In this document: positions 17,613-26,512 of the stretch, one piece after another
How the letters are laid out: each line of letters opens with the position of its first letter
How positions within the stretch are numbered: the stretch's first letter is position 1
Source: Tagaea sp.
GTDB taxonomy: Bacteria; Pseudomonadota; Alphaproteobacteria; CACIAM-22H2
Direction of reading: 5' to 3'
DNA length: 64,000 nt
Assembly (NCBI GenBank): GCA_965228135.1
Contig: OZ245798.1
Coordinates: 1,803,037-1,867,036, forward strand
Position numbers and translations under genes: made by a program
Notes under the pieces: model-generated
The model's database searches: none
Told to the model about the DNA's origin: nothing
Seen by the model: only the letters and a program-made list of their open reading frames with translations

Positions 17613-20600
17613 ATGGCGCGCGACGAACTCGAAGACGACCTTCTACGAACTCGCGCTGGACGCCTCGACGAGTCCGCCGAGCTTTCAAATATAAGGCGAC
17701 TATTAAGCACGCCGCGCAGCCGAAGCGTCTATCTGCCTTCCTTCCGGCATCAACCGCGGCAAACTCGCCCATTCCGGGAGCTCGAGCACCGGTTTCCCAC
17801 AGCGTACCGCGTCGCCGCCACCAACGGCGCCGTCGTATCGACGTTTCATTTCCAGCAAACGTTCCTGTCGAGACGCCCGCTGCCGTCGTTACCGCGATCA
17901 GTGCAGACGGGTAAGCGGACAATAATTTGGCCGACTCGCGGCCAAGCAAAGTTCGTGAGATCTTCTGTCGCCGGTGCGCGGTATCACCGCGATCAACGCG
18001 TCTGGACAGTCCCAAGTGACCATCGATTTCTGAGAACGGCCCTAGGCAAGGCTCTCTCCTCGCCGCTCGCGAGGGCTACAGCAACTTTAAGACGCACGAG
18101 AACCAGCCGCGATGGGATAAAGCGCCAAGCAATCTGGTTTGCGCACTATCTCACAAGAACCGGCCCCCTCGCCGATCGTGCCGACGAACTCGTTCACGAT
18201 AGGGCGGGCCCGATCGTCGAAGGCACAATCGGCAAATCCGCTGCCGAGCTATCGAGCTTTTGGAGTGCTGCAGACGCGGCGGAACCTCGGGTCGATGGCA
18301 GGATTCAAGAGCGTCTCATTATTGAGATTCCTCACTGGCTGCCGCCCGAGGAGATGCGAAAAGCCCTTCAGCGGTTCGGCGCCGAACTGACCGCGCGTGG
18401 CGTGCCCTGGGTCGGTGCTGTGCACAGGCCCGACCCCCATGGGGATCCACGTAATTATCACGTTCATATCGTTCTCGGAACACGGGGGCTAATCGGATGG
18501 GAGATGCGCGCCGTTGACAACGATCCAGGCACCCTTCGCCGCGAACCGATCTTCGCCGATAAGAAAGATCGCGCAATGCAAGGGGAGAAGTGGATCTCAC
18601 ACTTGCGCAAGATCTACGCTGAAATCGTCAATCAAATCTCGATCGAATGGTCGCAGCGCGAAGGAACATTGGTGCCGCGCATTTTCCACGCCGGCAGCAA
18701 TGCCGAACTCGGCATCGAGGCTATACCATCCCGGCATCGAGGCCCTCGGCAAAGCGCGATCGATCGACGTATCGTCGCGCGCGGCGATGAACCTCGCCAC
18801 GTTCCAATTTACGAAGTCCAAGATGAACCCCGCATGGCGCAGATTCTGCGTGGCTTCAATGCCGATGAGGCGGCTTTTCTCGCGCTCTGCGACCGCATAG
18901 AACGCCTCGTCGTCGACGCAGATGCGACTGAATCCATTAGAAGCAGCCGCGCATCGCTGATCACAGCCGCCGACACAACTGCAGCGGCGATTGAGCTGTG
19001 CGAAGAGAAAATCGAAGCGGTCTTGGTCGAATTTCAGGTGGATCGTGACGATGAAAGCCCGATCACCGATCATGATCGAATGTCATCCGACAGCATCCGC
19101 GAACTCGTCGATGCGGTCCGTGTAACCGTTTCTCGTTCCCACGATATCGAAAAGGAACTGATCGCGGTGCTCGCGCATAGCGAGACCATTCGTGACATTT
19201 CGCCGATCACCGAAAGCGCGGCCGCAGAGACAAAATCAGCGAAAGAATTGGAGCAAGCGGAAGCGACGATTGATCACCTGCCTGCCATAAATAAGTCGGT
19301 CATTCATCCGATCGAAGAACAGCACCTTTATGCCAATCCTTCTTCTGGTGAGCGTCCTGAAACTGAACGGTCTGAGCCATCGCACCACGTGCTGGTTACG
19401 TCGCCGCCCGAGCAGCCACAAAGTATCATCGCCGTTAAAGATACTCTTACACGGAGGCTCCAAGACCATCATAGAGCTATTATGCTCATCAAAGAACGAG
19501 GCTGGCGTCACGGGGCTACGGCGACCCGGCACGCCGAAGCTCGAGAAGCTCAGTTCGAGGCATTCAAAAGACGCCTCGCCGCGGAGGAAGCGGCCGAACG
19601 CTGTGAACGTCTCGTCAAATCAATCTCTGAAAGTTCATTCGAGAGTATCGGGCCAAATGACGCGTCACCACACGGCGCGAGCCACCACAACAATCAGTGC
19701 GACTTTGAACAACTCTTAAAAGAATTGGAATTAGCTGATCATCGTATATCGGAAACGCAGCAGGCGCTCGAACATTGGGAAGATATCGAGCGGAAGCTAC
19801 AGGACGTCCCCTTCATCGACGAACGTTTGCATGACCCAAAAAACTTGGTACCGCGGATACTCGAAGAATCTGACCCAGACTGGGTCATCGCAGAAATTCA
19901 AAGACAATTGAAAAAGTGCCGCTGGGTTCCGCGACACCGTGGTCAAAGAATTGTGAAGCCGATGCTTCGCGATGCCGACATCACTCTCGGCGACGTGGTT
20001 GAAGCACGAGTCCGTTACTCGCAAGAGAATGGTTGGACGATTGAATTTCCGCGCTTCTCCAGCGAGAGCGCGCGCCGTGACGCTACGGATCAACAGTGCC
20101 TTTGGATGGCGTTGATTACTCAGATGTTCATGACCACCACGCAAAGTGTCGGTAGCAAAGAGATTGCCGGTATTCTCAAGTGTTATGGCTTCACAAAAAT
20201 CGAGCCCGATAAGAACGGCATCATTGAGATTCGTAGATCTGACGGCTTGCTGCGCGTCGCACGTGATGGTCGCTTTGCAAGCGTCTACGGGTCCAATGTG
20301 GACCTGCATGCGGCGTTCGACGCGTTTGCCCACGCACGCCATGACAGTAGCAGCGACATTGCATTACAGAAAATCCTTGAAAGCAAGAAAGAGCCTCCGC
20401 TCGTTTTTTATCCTAACGATGCCGATCGCAAAGTCGATCTGATTAAGATCGCTAACGATATTCTTCACTTACATGAACTCCAGCCAATCGATCGTCAGCG
20501 CGTTCAGCACGTCGGTCATGCGTTGAAGAAGCACGAGAAGGCGCTAGAGACCTTTCATCCGACATTGAAGCCGGCCGAGAAGCAAGTCGCAGTAGATGAC

Positions 20601-21074
20601 TCGAGTTCGCGGCCTCCATTAATAGAGGCCAAGAATCAGACCGAAGCGGATTTGGAACACGCCCGAGAGCCAAGGCGCCATCTCGCGCGTCAAGAAGATG
20701 ACAGCGGGATATTTGGCCGCCTGACGCGTGGCATCGTGCAATGGTGGCGCGATACGACTGAAGTCCAGGGAGGCGAATCTCGGTCCACAATGAAGCCGTC
20801 AAAGCGCTCGCCTATGAGTTTTGATGCGCGGGCTTTCGAGCATCATGTATCGCGAAATGCGTCTTCGACGAACGCGGCATCCAGCGCGACGCGGATCAAA
20901 CAGGTAGATACGACGCCCGTCACCCAAGCCACGGGGCCAACAATCGCAGCGCGCCCGGCGACGCCTCCGCGGTCGCCAAACATTGGAAACGCCGCAGGCA
21001 GCGGCGGCAGCAGCGTTCACGACGTTATCCAGTCGGTGCGGTCGCGCGGTCGCGACCGTGATCGCGAACGATAA
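17613..21074 (+). CDS. MobA/MobL-family (TraA-like, MOBQ-type) conjugative relaxase with an ~800-aa C-terminal extension of unknown function
   Basis: The 3-His motif VHRPDPHGDPRNYHVHIVL, FW...IIEIPHWLPPEE, a HYLTRTG block and a candidate catalytic Tyr in SSVAGARYHRD are collinear with Ti-plasmid TraA. The first ~96 codons of the track ORF look non-coding; a GTG at 17901 (SVQTGKRTIIW) is the probable start. No Walker A or helicase motif follows. Confidence 0.8.
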   Translation: MARDELEDDLLRTRAGRLDESAELSNIRRLLSTPRSRSVYLPSFRHQPRQTRPFRELEHRFPTAYRVAATNGAVVSTFHFQQTFLSRRPLPSLPRSVQTGKRTIIWPTRGQAKFVRSSVAGARYHRDQRVWTVPSDHRFLRTALGKALSSPLARATATLRRTRTSRDGIKRQAIWFAHYLTRTGPLADRADELVHDRAGPIVEGTIGKSAAELSSFWSAADAAEPRVDGRIQERLIIEIPHWLPPEEMRKALQRFGAELTARGVPWVGAVHRPDPHGDPRNYHVHIVLGTRGLIGWEMRAVDNDPGTLRREPIFADKKDRAMQGEKWISHLRKIYAEIVNQISIEWSQREGTLVPRIFHAGSNAELGIEAIPSRHRGPRQSAIDRRIVARGDEPRHVPIYEVQDEPRMAQILRGFNADEAAFLALCDRIERLVVDADATESIRSSRASLITAADTTAAAIELCEEKIEAVLVEFQVDRDDESPITDHDRMSSDSIRELVDAVRVTVSRSHDIEKELIAVLAHSETIRDISPITESAAAETKSAKELEQAEATIDHLPAINKSVIHPIEEQHLYANPSSGERPETERSEPSHHVLVTSPPEQPQSIIAVKDTLTRRLQDHHRAIMLIKERGWRHGATATRHAEAREAQFEAFKRRLAAEEAAERCERLVKSISESSFESIGPNDASPHGASHHNNQCDFEQLLKELELADHRISETQQALEHWEDIERKLQDVPFIDERLHDPKNLVPRILEESDPDWVIAEIQRQLKKCRWVPRHRGQRIVKPMLRDADITLGDVVEARVRYSQENGWTIEFPRFSSESARRDATDQQCLWMALITQMFMTTTQSVGSKEIAGILKCYGFTKIEPDKNGIIEIRRSDGLLRVARDGRFASVYGSNVDLHAAFDAFAHARHDSSSDIALQKILESKKEPPLVFYPNDADRKVDLIKIANDILHLHELQPIDRQRVQHVGHALKKHEKALETFHPTLKPAEKQVAVDDSSSRPPLIEAKNQTEADLEHAREPRRHLARQEDDSGIFGRLTRGIVQWWRDTTEVQGGESRSTMKPSKRSPMSFDARAFEHHVSRNASSTNAASSATRIKQVDTTPVTQATGPTIAARPATPPRSPNIGNAAGSGGSSVHDVIQSVRSRGRDRDRER

Positions 21075-21295
21075 AGAGCCCCTCACTGACCATGGCCGAC
21101 CTAGCAAGCTACGGGGCGAAGCAATTCGCTGGGGAGATCTACCAAGCAGCTCGGTCAATGCGCGATGAGAGCCAAGCTTTGGATAGCCTCGCGCCCGACG
21201 CGGAGCACGGAGGCAAGACAGCCGCCACGACACCGCCCAAGACGGCTCGACGGATATCCATCTAAGTTATTGTAAATAATATACTATTTAGATTT

Positions 21296-21346
21296 CTCTT
21301 AAAACCGCTCGAAAGAGCCAAGCCGCGACGCGGCCGTTTTTAAGAC
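21296..21346. repeat. inverted repeat CTCTTAAAACCGCT-(22 bp)-GGCCGTTTTTAAGAC (site B) after an AT-rich stretch; candidate recombinase/att or oriT-like site
   Basis: Same arms as site A at 17289/17410. Preceded by ctaagttattgtaaataatatactatttagattt, about 240 bp upstream of the recombinase start. Confidence 0.55.
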
Positions 21347-21581
21347 CCCAGCTTGACAATGTCCGCATGGATAGGACGAGCAAATCCAGCGGCCGGGGCG
21401 GCATCTACGCCCCTGAGCCGGCGCCCAGCGAGGGCGCCGGCGGCCGATCAGATTCGTCCTCGACCCTCCATGCCCAAGCGAACGAACTTCTACGTACCCT
21501 TGCACGTCTGCTTGTGCACGACAGCGAATTGCAGCAGCCTCAAGCGCCGATGGATAAGACCTCAGATCAGCCGAAGGACGA

Positions 21582-23243
21582 ATGCAAATGATCAGGGCTG
21601 CGATCTACGCACGCTATTCCAGCGACTTGCAGCGCGAATCCTCGATCGACGATCAGGTCAGAATTTGCCGGGAGCGGATCGAACGCGACGGCGGCGCCGT
21701 TACGGAAACCTACGCCGACGCAGCGATCAGTGGATCGCGTGCAGCAAACCGCCCTTCACTTCAACGACTGGTAAGCGACGCTCGCCTTCGTCGGTTCACT
21801 CACGTCTATATGGAGGCGCTGGACCGACTGAGTCGCGACCAGGAAGACGTTGCCGGACTGTTCAAGCGGTTACGTCATGCGGACGTGACCGTCATCACGT
21901 TGAGCGAGGGCGAAATCAGCGAACTGCACGTCGGGCTAAAGGGCACGATGAACGCCCTCTACCTAAAAGACCTTGCTGACAAGGTACGACGCGGCCAGCG
22001 CGGCCGTGTGGCCCAACAACGAGCGGCAGGAGGACTCGGATACGGATACGATGTCGTTCGGAACATCGACAGCGATGGCGAGATCGATCGTGGCGTCCGC
22101 GCGGTCAACGAGACCGAGGCAGGCGTGATCCGGCGTATTTTTGGCGAGTATGTGGCTGGTAGATCACCCCGCACCATCGCACGAAACTTGAATGCAGATG
22201 GCGTTCCTGCGCCGCGCGGGGGCGCCTGGAATGCGTCAACAATAAATGGGCATCCCGTGCGCCTGCACGGTATCCTGACAAATCCCTTATTCAATGGCGT
22301 GATGATCTACAACCGTGTCGGTTATCGCAGGGATCCAGAAACGGGAAAGCGTCAACTCCGCTCGGTACCATCGGACCAATGGGTCCATGTTGAGATGCCG
22401 CATTTACGTATCGTCGACCCTGATACTTGGAACAAAGCACAATCGATTCGAGGCCAACTCGGTCAGACAAAGCGCCTAAACCATACTCATAGGCCCAAGC
22501 ACCTGCTGTCGGGGCTCATACGTTGCGGCATTTGTGGCGGAGCATACACGGTGGTCGCCTCAGGCCGACTTGGCTGTGTTGCACGCCGCGAAAAAGGGAC
22601 ATGCACCAACGCGCGGTCGGTAAAAACCGAGGAACTAACCACACGCGTGCTATCGGGAATCAAACAGCGCCTTCTGTCTCCTGCGATGTTCGCCGAATTT
22701 ATGGAAGAATTTCAGGCGACGCAGTCCGCCCGCGATAAGGCCGAGATCGACAACATGGCCGCACTCCGTCGAGAAGAGCGGGAACTCAATCAGCGAATCG
22801 AACGTTACGTGACCGCTATTGGGGATGGAACAGACAGCCCTGCAGTTCGGAAAGCCCTAATCGAGGCAGAGAATCGGATCGCCGCGATTCGCGCCGAAAT
22901 GTGCAAATCCAAACCGCCGTCGGCCCCCGAACTGCATCCGGCGTTACCTGAGCTATACCGTCGGCGCGTCGAGCAGCTTGAACACGCGTTCGCCAATGAC
23001 CCGACAAACAGAGCGCGAGCTGCCCAGATCATCCGGTCCCTCGTGGAGCAGATTCGGGTATTTCCCCAGGACGCGCGCGGTGCTGTCGAAATTGAGGTCG
23101 CAGGCGCCATCGCCCAGATACTGGCGTTGGCACAACAAAAAGACGTCGAAGATCAAATGGATGGAATGATGGTCTCGATGGTGCCCGGGGCCGGAATCGA
23201 ACCAGCGACACTGCGATTTTCAATCGCATGCTCTACCAACTGA
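21582..23243 (+). CDS. large serine recombinase (resolvase/invertase N-terminal domain, recombinase domain, zinc ribbon, coiled-coil)
   Basis: AAIYARYSSDLQ (catalytic Ser), LDRLSRD, and CGICGGAY...C..C zinc ribbon. The last ~22 codons read through the tRNA-Phe gene on the opposite strand. Confidence 0.9.
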   Translation: MQMIRAAIYARYSSDLQRESSIDDQVRICRERIERDGGAVTETYADAAISGSRAANRPSLQRLVSDARLRRFTHVYMEALDRLSRDQEDVAGLFKRLRHADVTVITLSEGEISELHVGLKGTMNALYLKDLADKVRRGQRGRVAQQRAAGGLGYGYDVVRNIDSDGEIDRGVRAVNETEAGVIRRIFGEYVAGRSPRTIARNLNADGVPAPRGGAWNASTINGHPVRLHGILTNPLFNGVMIYNRVGYRRDPETGKRQLRSVPSDQWVHVEMPHLRIVDPDTWNKAQSIRGQLGQTKRLNHTHRPKHLLSGLIRCGICGGAYTVVASGRLGCVARREKGTCTNARSVKTEELTTRVLSGIKQRLLSPAMFAEFMEEFQATQSARDKAEIDNMAALRREERELNQRIERYVTAIGDGTDSPAVRKALIEAENRIAAIRAEMCKSKPPSAPELHPALPELYRRRVEQLEHAFANDPTNRARAAQIIRSLVEQIRVFPQDARGAVEIEVAGAIAQILALAQQKDVEDQMDGMMVSMVPGAGIEPATLRFSIACSTN

Positions 23244-23254
23244 GCTACCCGGGC
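23179..23254 (-). tRNA. tRNA-Phe (anticodon GAA)
   Basis: Minus strand reads GCCCGGGTAGCTCAGTTGGTAGAGCATGCGATTGAAAATCGCAGTGTCGCTGGTTCGATTCCGGCCCCGGGCACCA. This is a canonical 76-nt cloverleaf, near-identical to E. coli tRNA-Phe, with CCA encoded. Confidence 0.95.
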
Positions 23255-23298
23255 ACCGGGCTCGTGGGAGGCGTGTATAGGGCCTGCCCGGAAACCTG

Positions 23299-23955
23299 TC
23301 AACGCCTGGAAGCCGCCGATTTCTTCTGACTTTTCGGCGGCTTAAGCGCCGCCTCGGCCTCCGCGTCCAGACGGCGTTTTTCCGCCGCCGGAACCTTCGT
23401 CCAATGGAGCCCGCGCAACGCCGCATACAGCCCGTAAAGCAGGTTGCGCGTCGCCTCGCGCGGACGCCGCCGTTTGACGGCGATATAGGCGCCGACGGCA
23501 CCGGCGCGCTTCAGATCGTCGATGCCGACGATCCCCGCGTCGCCCAGCCACGCCTGCGATTTGGGGCCAAGGCTGGCGAGATCGGCAATGCGCTTGGGGG
23601 CGGCTTTCGACTTTTTCTCCGGCATGCGCATCGCGGCGTCGACGGCACCGCGCGCCCAGTCCCGCATTTCGCCCGCGTCGTCGAGCGCTTCGGGCGGGGG
23701 CTCGTAATAACCAAGCGACACCCGTTTCTTCGACTTGGCCATGTAGGTGAAGGGCTCGAGCCCCGCCGCCTCGAATTGCGGGCGGTTCGCGGCGTCGGTC
23801 TTGAGATAGAGCCGATCGTCGACGATCAGCCCGAACATCCGCCCGTCGCGAAATAAGCCCCAACCCGAGAACATCCGCTTAGCCGAAACGCGCCCCACCG
23901 CCTCGCCCAGCAATTCGACGCACATGTCGACGAAGCCGCCGGGCGCGCCGCTCAT
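23299..23955 (-). CDS. tfoX: TfoX/Sxy-family protein (N- and C-terminal TfoX domains)
   Basis: RMFSGWGLFRDGRMFGLIVDDRLYLKTD (TfoX_N) and a C-terminal DLASLGPKSQAWLGDAGIVGIDDLKRAGAVGAYIAVK (TfoX_C-like). Confidence 0.7.
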   Translation of the reverse strand: MSGAPGGFVDMCVELLGEAVGRVSAKRMFSGWGLFRDGRMFGLIVDDRLYLKTDAANRPQFEAAGLEPFTYMAKSKKRVSLGYYEPPPEALDDAGEMRDWARGAVDAAMRMPEKKSKAAPKRIADLASLGPKSQAWLGDAGIVGIDDLKRAGAVGAYIAVKRRRPREATRNLLYGLYAALRGLHWTKVPAAEKRRLDAEAEAALKPPKSQKKSAASRR

Positions 23956-24134
23956 TGGGGTTCGTCCGGCGTTTCGTCGGTCGGGATGCGATAGGTACCG
24001 CCAAGCCAGCGGCGCATATCCTCGTCCTTGCAGCGTGCCGAACAGAAGGGCCGGAAATCGGCATGCGCCGGCCGCTTGCAGATCGGGCAGCCCGATTTCT
24101 TCGGCTTTTTCGGCAAGGGAACGACCTGGCTCAT
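23952..24134 (-). CDS. yacG: DNA gyrase inhibitor YacG (zinc-ribbon protein)
   Basis: CPICKRPAHADFRPFCSARCKDEDMRRWLGGTYRIP; the track ORF (to 24443) is over-extended, and the real start is MSQVVPLPKK. Confidence 0.85.
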   Translation of the reverse strand: MSQVVPLPKKPKKSGCPICKRPAHADFRPFCSARCKDEDMRRWLGGTYRIPTDETPDEPQ

Positions 24135-25177
24135 TCGCCCGCCCGTCCTTGCGACCTCGCGCGCGTCATCTCGACCAAGCCGCCGGCGGTGATGCCCAGC
24201 ACGTCGACGCGGCGACGGTCGTGGCGCGTGGCGTGCTTGAACGCGTCGAGCAAGCGCGCACGCTCGCCCGGCTTCACCACGCGCAAGATATCGATCGCGA
24301 TCAAACCGGCCAGATCGCGCAAGCGGATCTGGCGCGCGATCTCGCGTGCGGCTTCCAGATCGATGGTCAGCGCGTCGTCCTTCGACGCCCCCGAATTCAC
24401 GTCGATCGCGACGAGGGCGGCCGTGCGCTCGACGGAGAGCCAAGCGCCCGACGGCAGATCGACGCGCGGACGCTCGAGCTGTTCGAGCAAGCTCGCCGCG
24501 TCGTGCCGGTCGAAGGCGAATTTATCGTGCGTGATGCCCGCGAACTTGGCGAGTTCGGCATCGGGGGTCAGCACCCGCGCATCCGGTGCCCCCAGCGTGC
24601 GCACCAAAGCGGGCACCGCACCGTCGGACGACAGCATTTCCGGCGCACCATCGCGCACGAACGCGGCCGCCTTCGCACGCAACGCATCGATTTCGGCACC
24701 CAACGTCGCGTCGTCGATTTCGAGCGCACCGCCGCGCAGGATCAAACCTTCGCCTTCGCGCAAGAAGGCATGCGCGCGGCCTTGCAACGTTTCGCGCTTG
24801 GCGGCGGAGATGCGCTTGGAAACCGACGCGCCCTTGCCGCCCGGCAGCAGCACGGCGTTCGCCCCTTCCAGCGCCAGGCGCGTGGAAATCCGCGCGCGTT
24901 TGTCGGCGGCGGGCGGTTCGATAACCTGCACCAGCAGCGTGCGGCCGGGTTGCGGCGGGTTGGGCGTGTCGAGCAACGCGACCAGCCCGCCCGGCAGATC
25001 GACGAACACGCCGCCATGCACCGTCCTGGCGACGCGCACGCGATGGATCGTGCCCACGGCGACACGCCGATCGGCGGGTTCGCGCGCGATATCGACCAAT
25101 TGGCGCTGCGAAAATCCGACGGCGCGGATCATATCGCCGTCGCGGTCGATCAGGATTTCGTCGATGTTGCCGCTCAT
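24131..25177 (-). CDS. ribonuclease E/G-family protein (short RNase G-like)
   Basis: S1-like N-terminus, AIDVNSG, ARQIRLRDLAGLIAIDIL and GITAGGLVEMTRAR blocks are collinear with RNase G. It overlaps yacG by ATGA. Confidence 0.85.
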   Translation of the reverse strand: MSGNIDEILIDRDGDMIRAVGFSQRQLVDIAREPADRRVAVGTIHRVRVARTVHGGVFVDLPGGLVALLDTPNPPQPGRTLLVQVIEPPAADKRARISTRLALEGANAVLLPGGKGASVSKRISAAKRETLQGRAHAFLREGEGLILRGGALEIDDATLGAEIDALRAKAAAFVRDGAPEMLSSDGAVPALVRTLGAPDARVLTPDAELAKFAGITHDKFAFDRHDAASLLEQLERPRVDLPSGAWLSVERTAALVAIDVNSGASKDDALTIDLEAAREIARQIRLRDLAGLIAIDILRVVKPGERARLLDAFKHATRHDRRRVDVLGITAGGLVEMTRARSQGRAGE

Positions 25178-25743
25178 GCGCCCGCCCCTTCGAGCAGCCG
25201 CGCCGTCTCGTAAAGATCGAGGCCGACGACGTTGGAATAGGAACCGGACAGGAAGCGCACGAACTCGGCCGCCTTACCTTGGATCGCGTAGCCGCCGGCC
25301 TTGCCGCGCCATTCGCCGCCCGCGATATAAGCGTCGATCTCGATCCGCGTCAGGCGCTTGAACGTAAGGATCGTTTCGCTCAAGCGCGCGCGCGGCGCTT
25401 TGCCCGGCACGATCAGGCAAATCCCGCCCAGCACACGATGGCGCCGACCGGACAGCAGCGCCAAGCAATCGCGCGCTTGGGCCTCGGTCTCGGCTTTGGG
25501 AAGAATGCGCCGCCCACAGGCGACGACCGTATCCGCCCCCAGCACGAGCGCGGCGGGACGCAATCCTGCCACCGCCTGCGCCTTCAACAGCGCGAGGCGG
25601 GCCGCAAGTTCGCGCGGGCGTTCACCAGGACGTTCGGTTTCGTCGGCGTCGGCGGGAAGGATTTCGGCCGGGATACGGCCGATCTGCGCCAGCAACTCGC
25701 GCCGGCGCGGACTCGCGGAGGCGAGGACGAGCGGCGGCGCCAA
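25174..25743 (-). CDS. maf: Maf-family nucleoside triphosphate pyrophosphatase
   Basis: LVLASASPRRRELL...GADTVV...GGYAIQG...GSYSNVVGL. The track ORF (to 26052) runs through infA, so the start was placed at TTG 25743. The start codon is uncertain. Confidence 0.8.
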   Translation of the reverse strand: MAPPLVLASASPRRRELLAQIGRIPAEILPADADETERPGERPRELAARLALLKAQAVAGLRPAALVLGADTVVACGRRILPKAETEAQARDCLALLSGRRHRVLGGICLIVPGKAPRARLSETILTFKRLTRIEIDAYIAGGEWRGKAGGYAIQGKAAEFVRFLSGSYSNVVGLDLYETARLLEGAGA

Positions 25744-25754
25744 AACGGCCCCGC

Positions 25755-25973
25755 TTACTTGAAGCGGAACGTGATCCGACCCTTGGTCAGATCGTAGGGC
25801 GTCATCTCGACGTTGACGCGGTCGCCCGCGAGCACGCGGATGCGGTTCTTGCGCATCTTGCCCGAGGTGTGGGCGAGCACTTCGTGATTGTTGTCGAGCT
25901 TCACGCGGAACATCGCGTTGGGCAGGAGTTCCTGCACCACGCCCGAGAACTCGATCAGACCTTCTTTCGCCAT
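25755..25973 (-). CDS. infA: translation initiation factor IF-1
   Basis: [72 protein letters not shown] is canonical IF-1. Confidence 0.97.
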   Translation of the reverse strand: MAKEGLIEFSGVVQELLPNAMFRVKLDNNHEVLAHTSGKMRKNRIRVLAGDRVNVEMTPYDLTKGRITFRFK

Positions 25974-26048
25974 GGATCTCCGGTTGGTTCTGGACTCCGC
26001 CCCTGGGGCGGGATCGGGGCCGCAACATGGCCCCGAAGCGGGGCAAGG

Positions 26049-26510
26049 TCAAGCCTCGCCCGCCTTGCCGAAATCGGCCGCCACGCCTTCAAAACGCTTG
26101 AGAATCCGCGTTTTCAGCCCGTCGCGCAGCGTGCGGTAGCCTTCCATGCGCGCCTCGCGGCTGCCCTCCTCGATCAAATTCGGGTCGAAAGTGGGCCAAT
26201 ACTCGACCTCGCAGGCCATGATCCGGGTGAGTTCCAGGGCCTTGTGATGCGCCTCGGGGCTCAAGGTCACGATCAGATCGAAGGAGCTGTCGTGAAGTTC
26301 ATCCAGGGTTTTGGCTTTGTGGCGCTGGATGTCCACGCCCAGCTCCGACAGCGCCGCGATCACGAACGGATCGACGTCCTGGCGCTTCACGCCCGCGGAA
26401 TCGACATAGATTTTGGTGCCGAGCAGCTTCTTCGCAAGCCCCTCCGCCATCGGCGAGCGGACCGAGTTATGCGTGCAACAGAACAGGACGCTGCCGATCT
26501 TGTCGGTCAC
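26049..26510 (-). CDS. low-molecular-weight phosphotyrosine phosphatase / ArsC-like (LMW-PTP family)
   Basis: CTHNSVRSPMAE (CX5R P-loop). Confidence 0.8.
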   Translation of the reverse strand: MTDKIGSVLFCCTHNSVRSPMAEGLAKKLLGTKIYVDSAGVKRQDVDPFVIAALSELGVDIQRHKAKTLDELHDSSFDLIVTLSPEAHHKALELTRIMACEVEYWPTFDPNLIEEGSREARMEGYRTLRDGLKTRILKRFEGVAADFGKAGEA

Positions 26511-26512
26511 AC

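Larger units (their letters stand above)
13455..23257. mobile_element. integrative, mobilizable genomic island (IME-like) at the 3' end of tRNA-Phe
   Basis: Lower and patchy GC. Contains a large serine recombinase abutting and overlapping tRNA-Phe, a MobA/MobL relaxase, an IS66 remnant, an XRE regulator and unknown cargo. No T4SS or coupling protein is present. Confidence 0.7.

Noticed and set aside
21353-21979. 208-aa plus-strand ORF overlapping the recombinase upstream region and 5' end
   Set aside because: It is in a different frame from the recombinase, R/P-rich, and runs across the AT-rich promoter-like site.
25174-26052. The 292-aa Maf ORF as given, including its N-terminal 100 residues
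   Set aside because: The extension passes straight through the canonical infA gene (25755-25973). Maf was shortened to about 190 aa from a TTG start.
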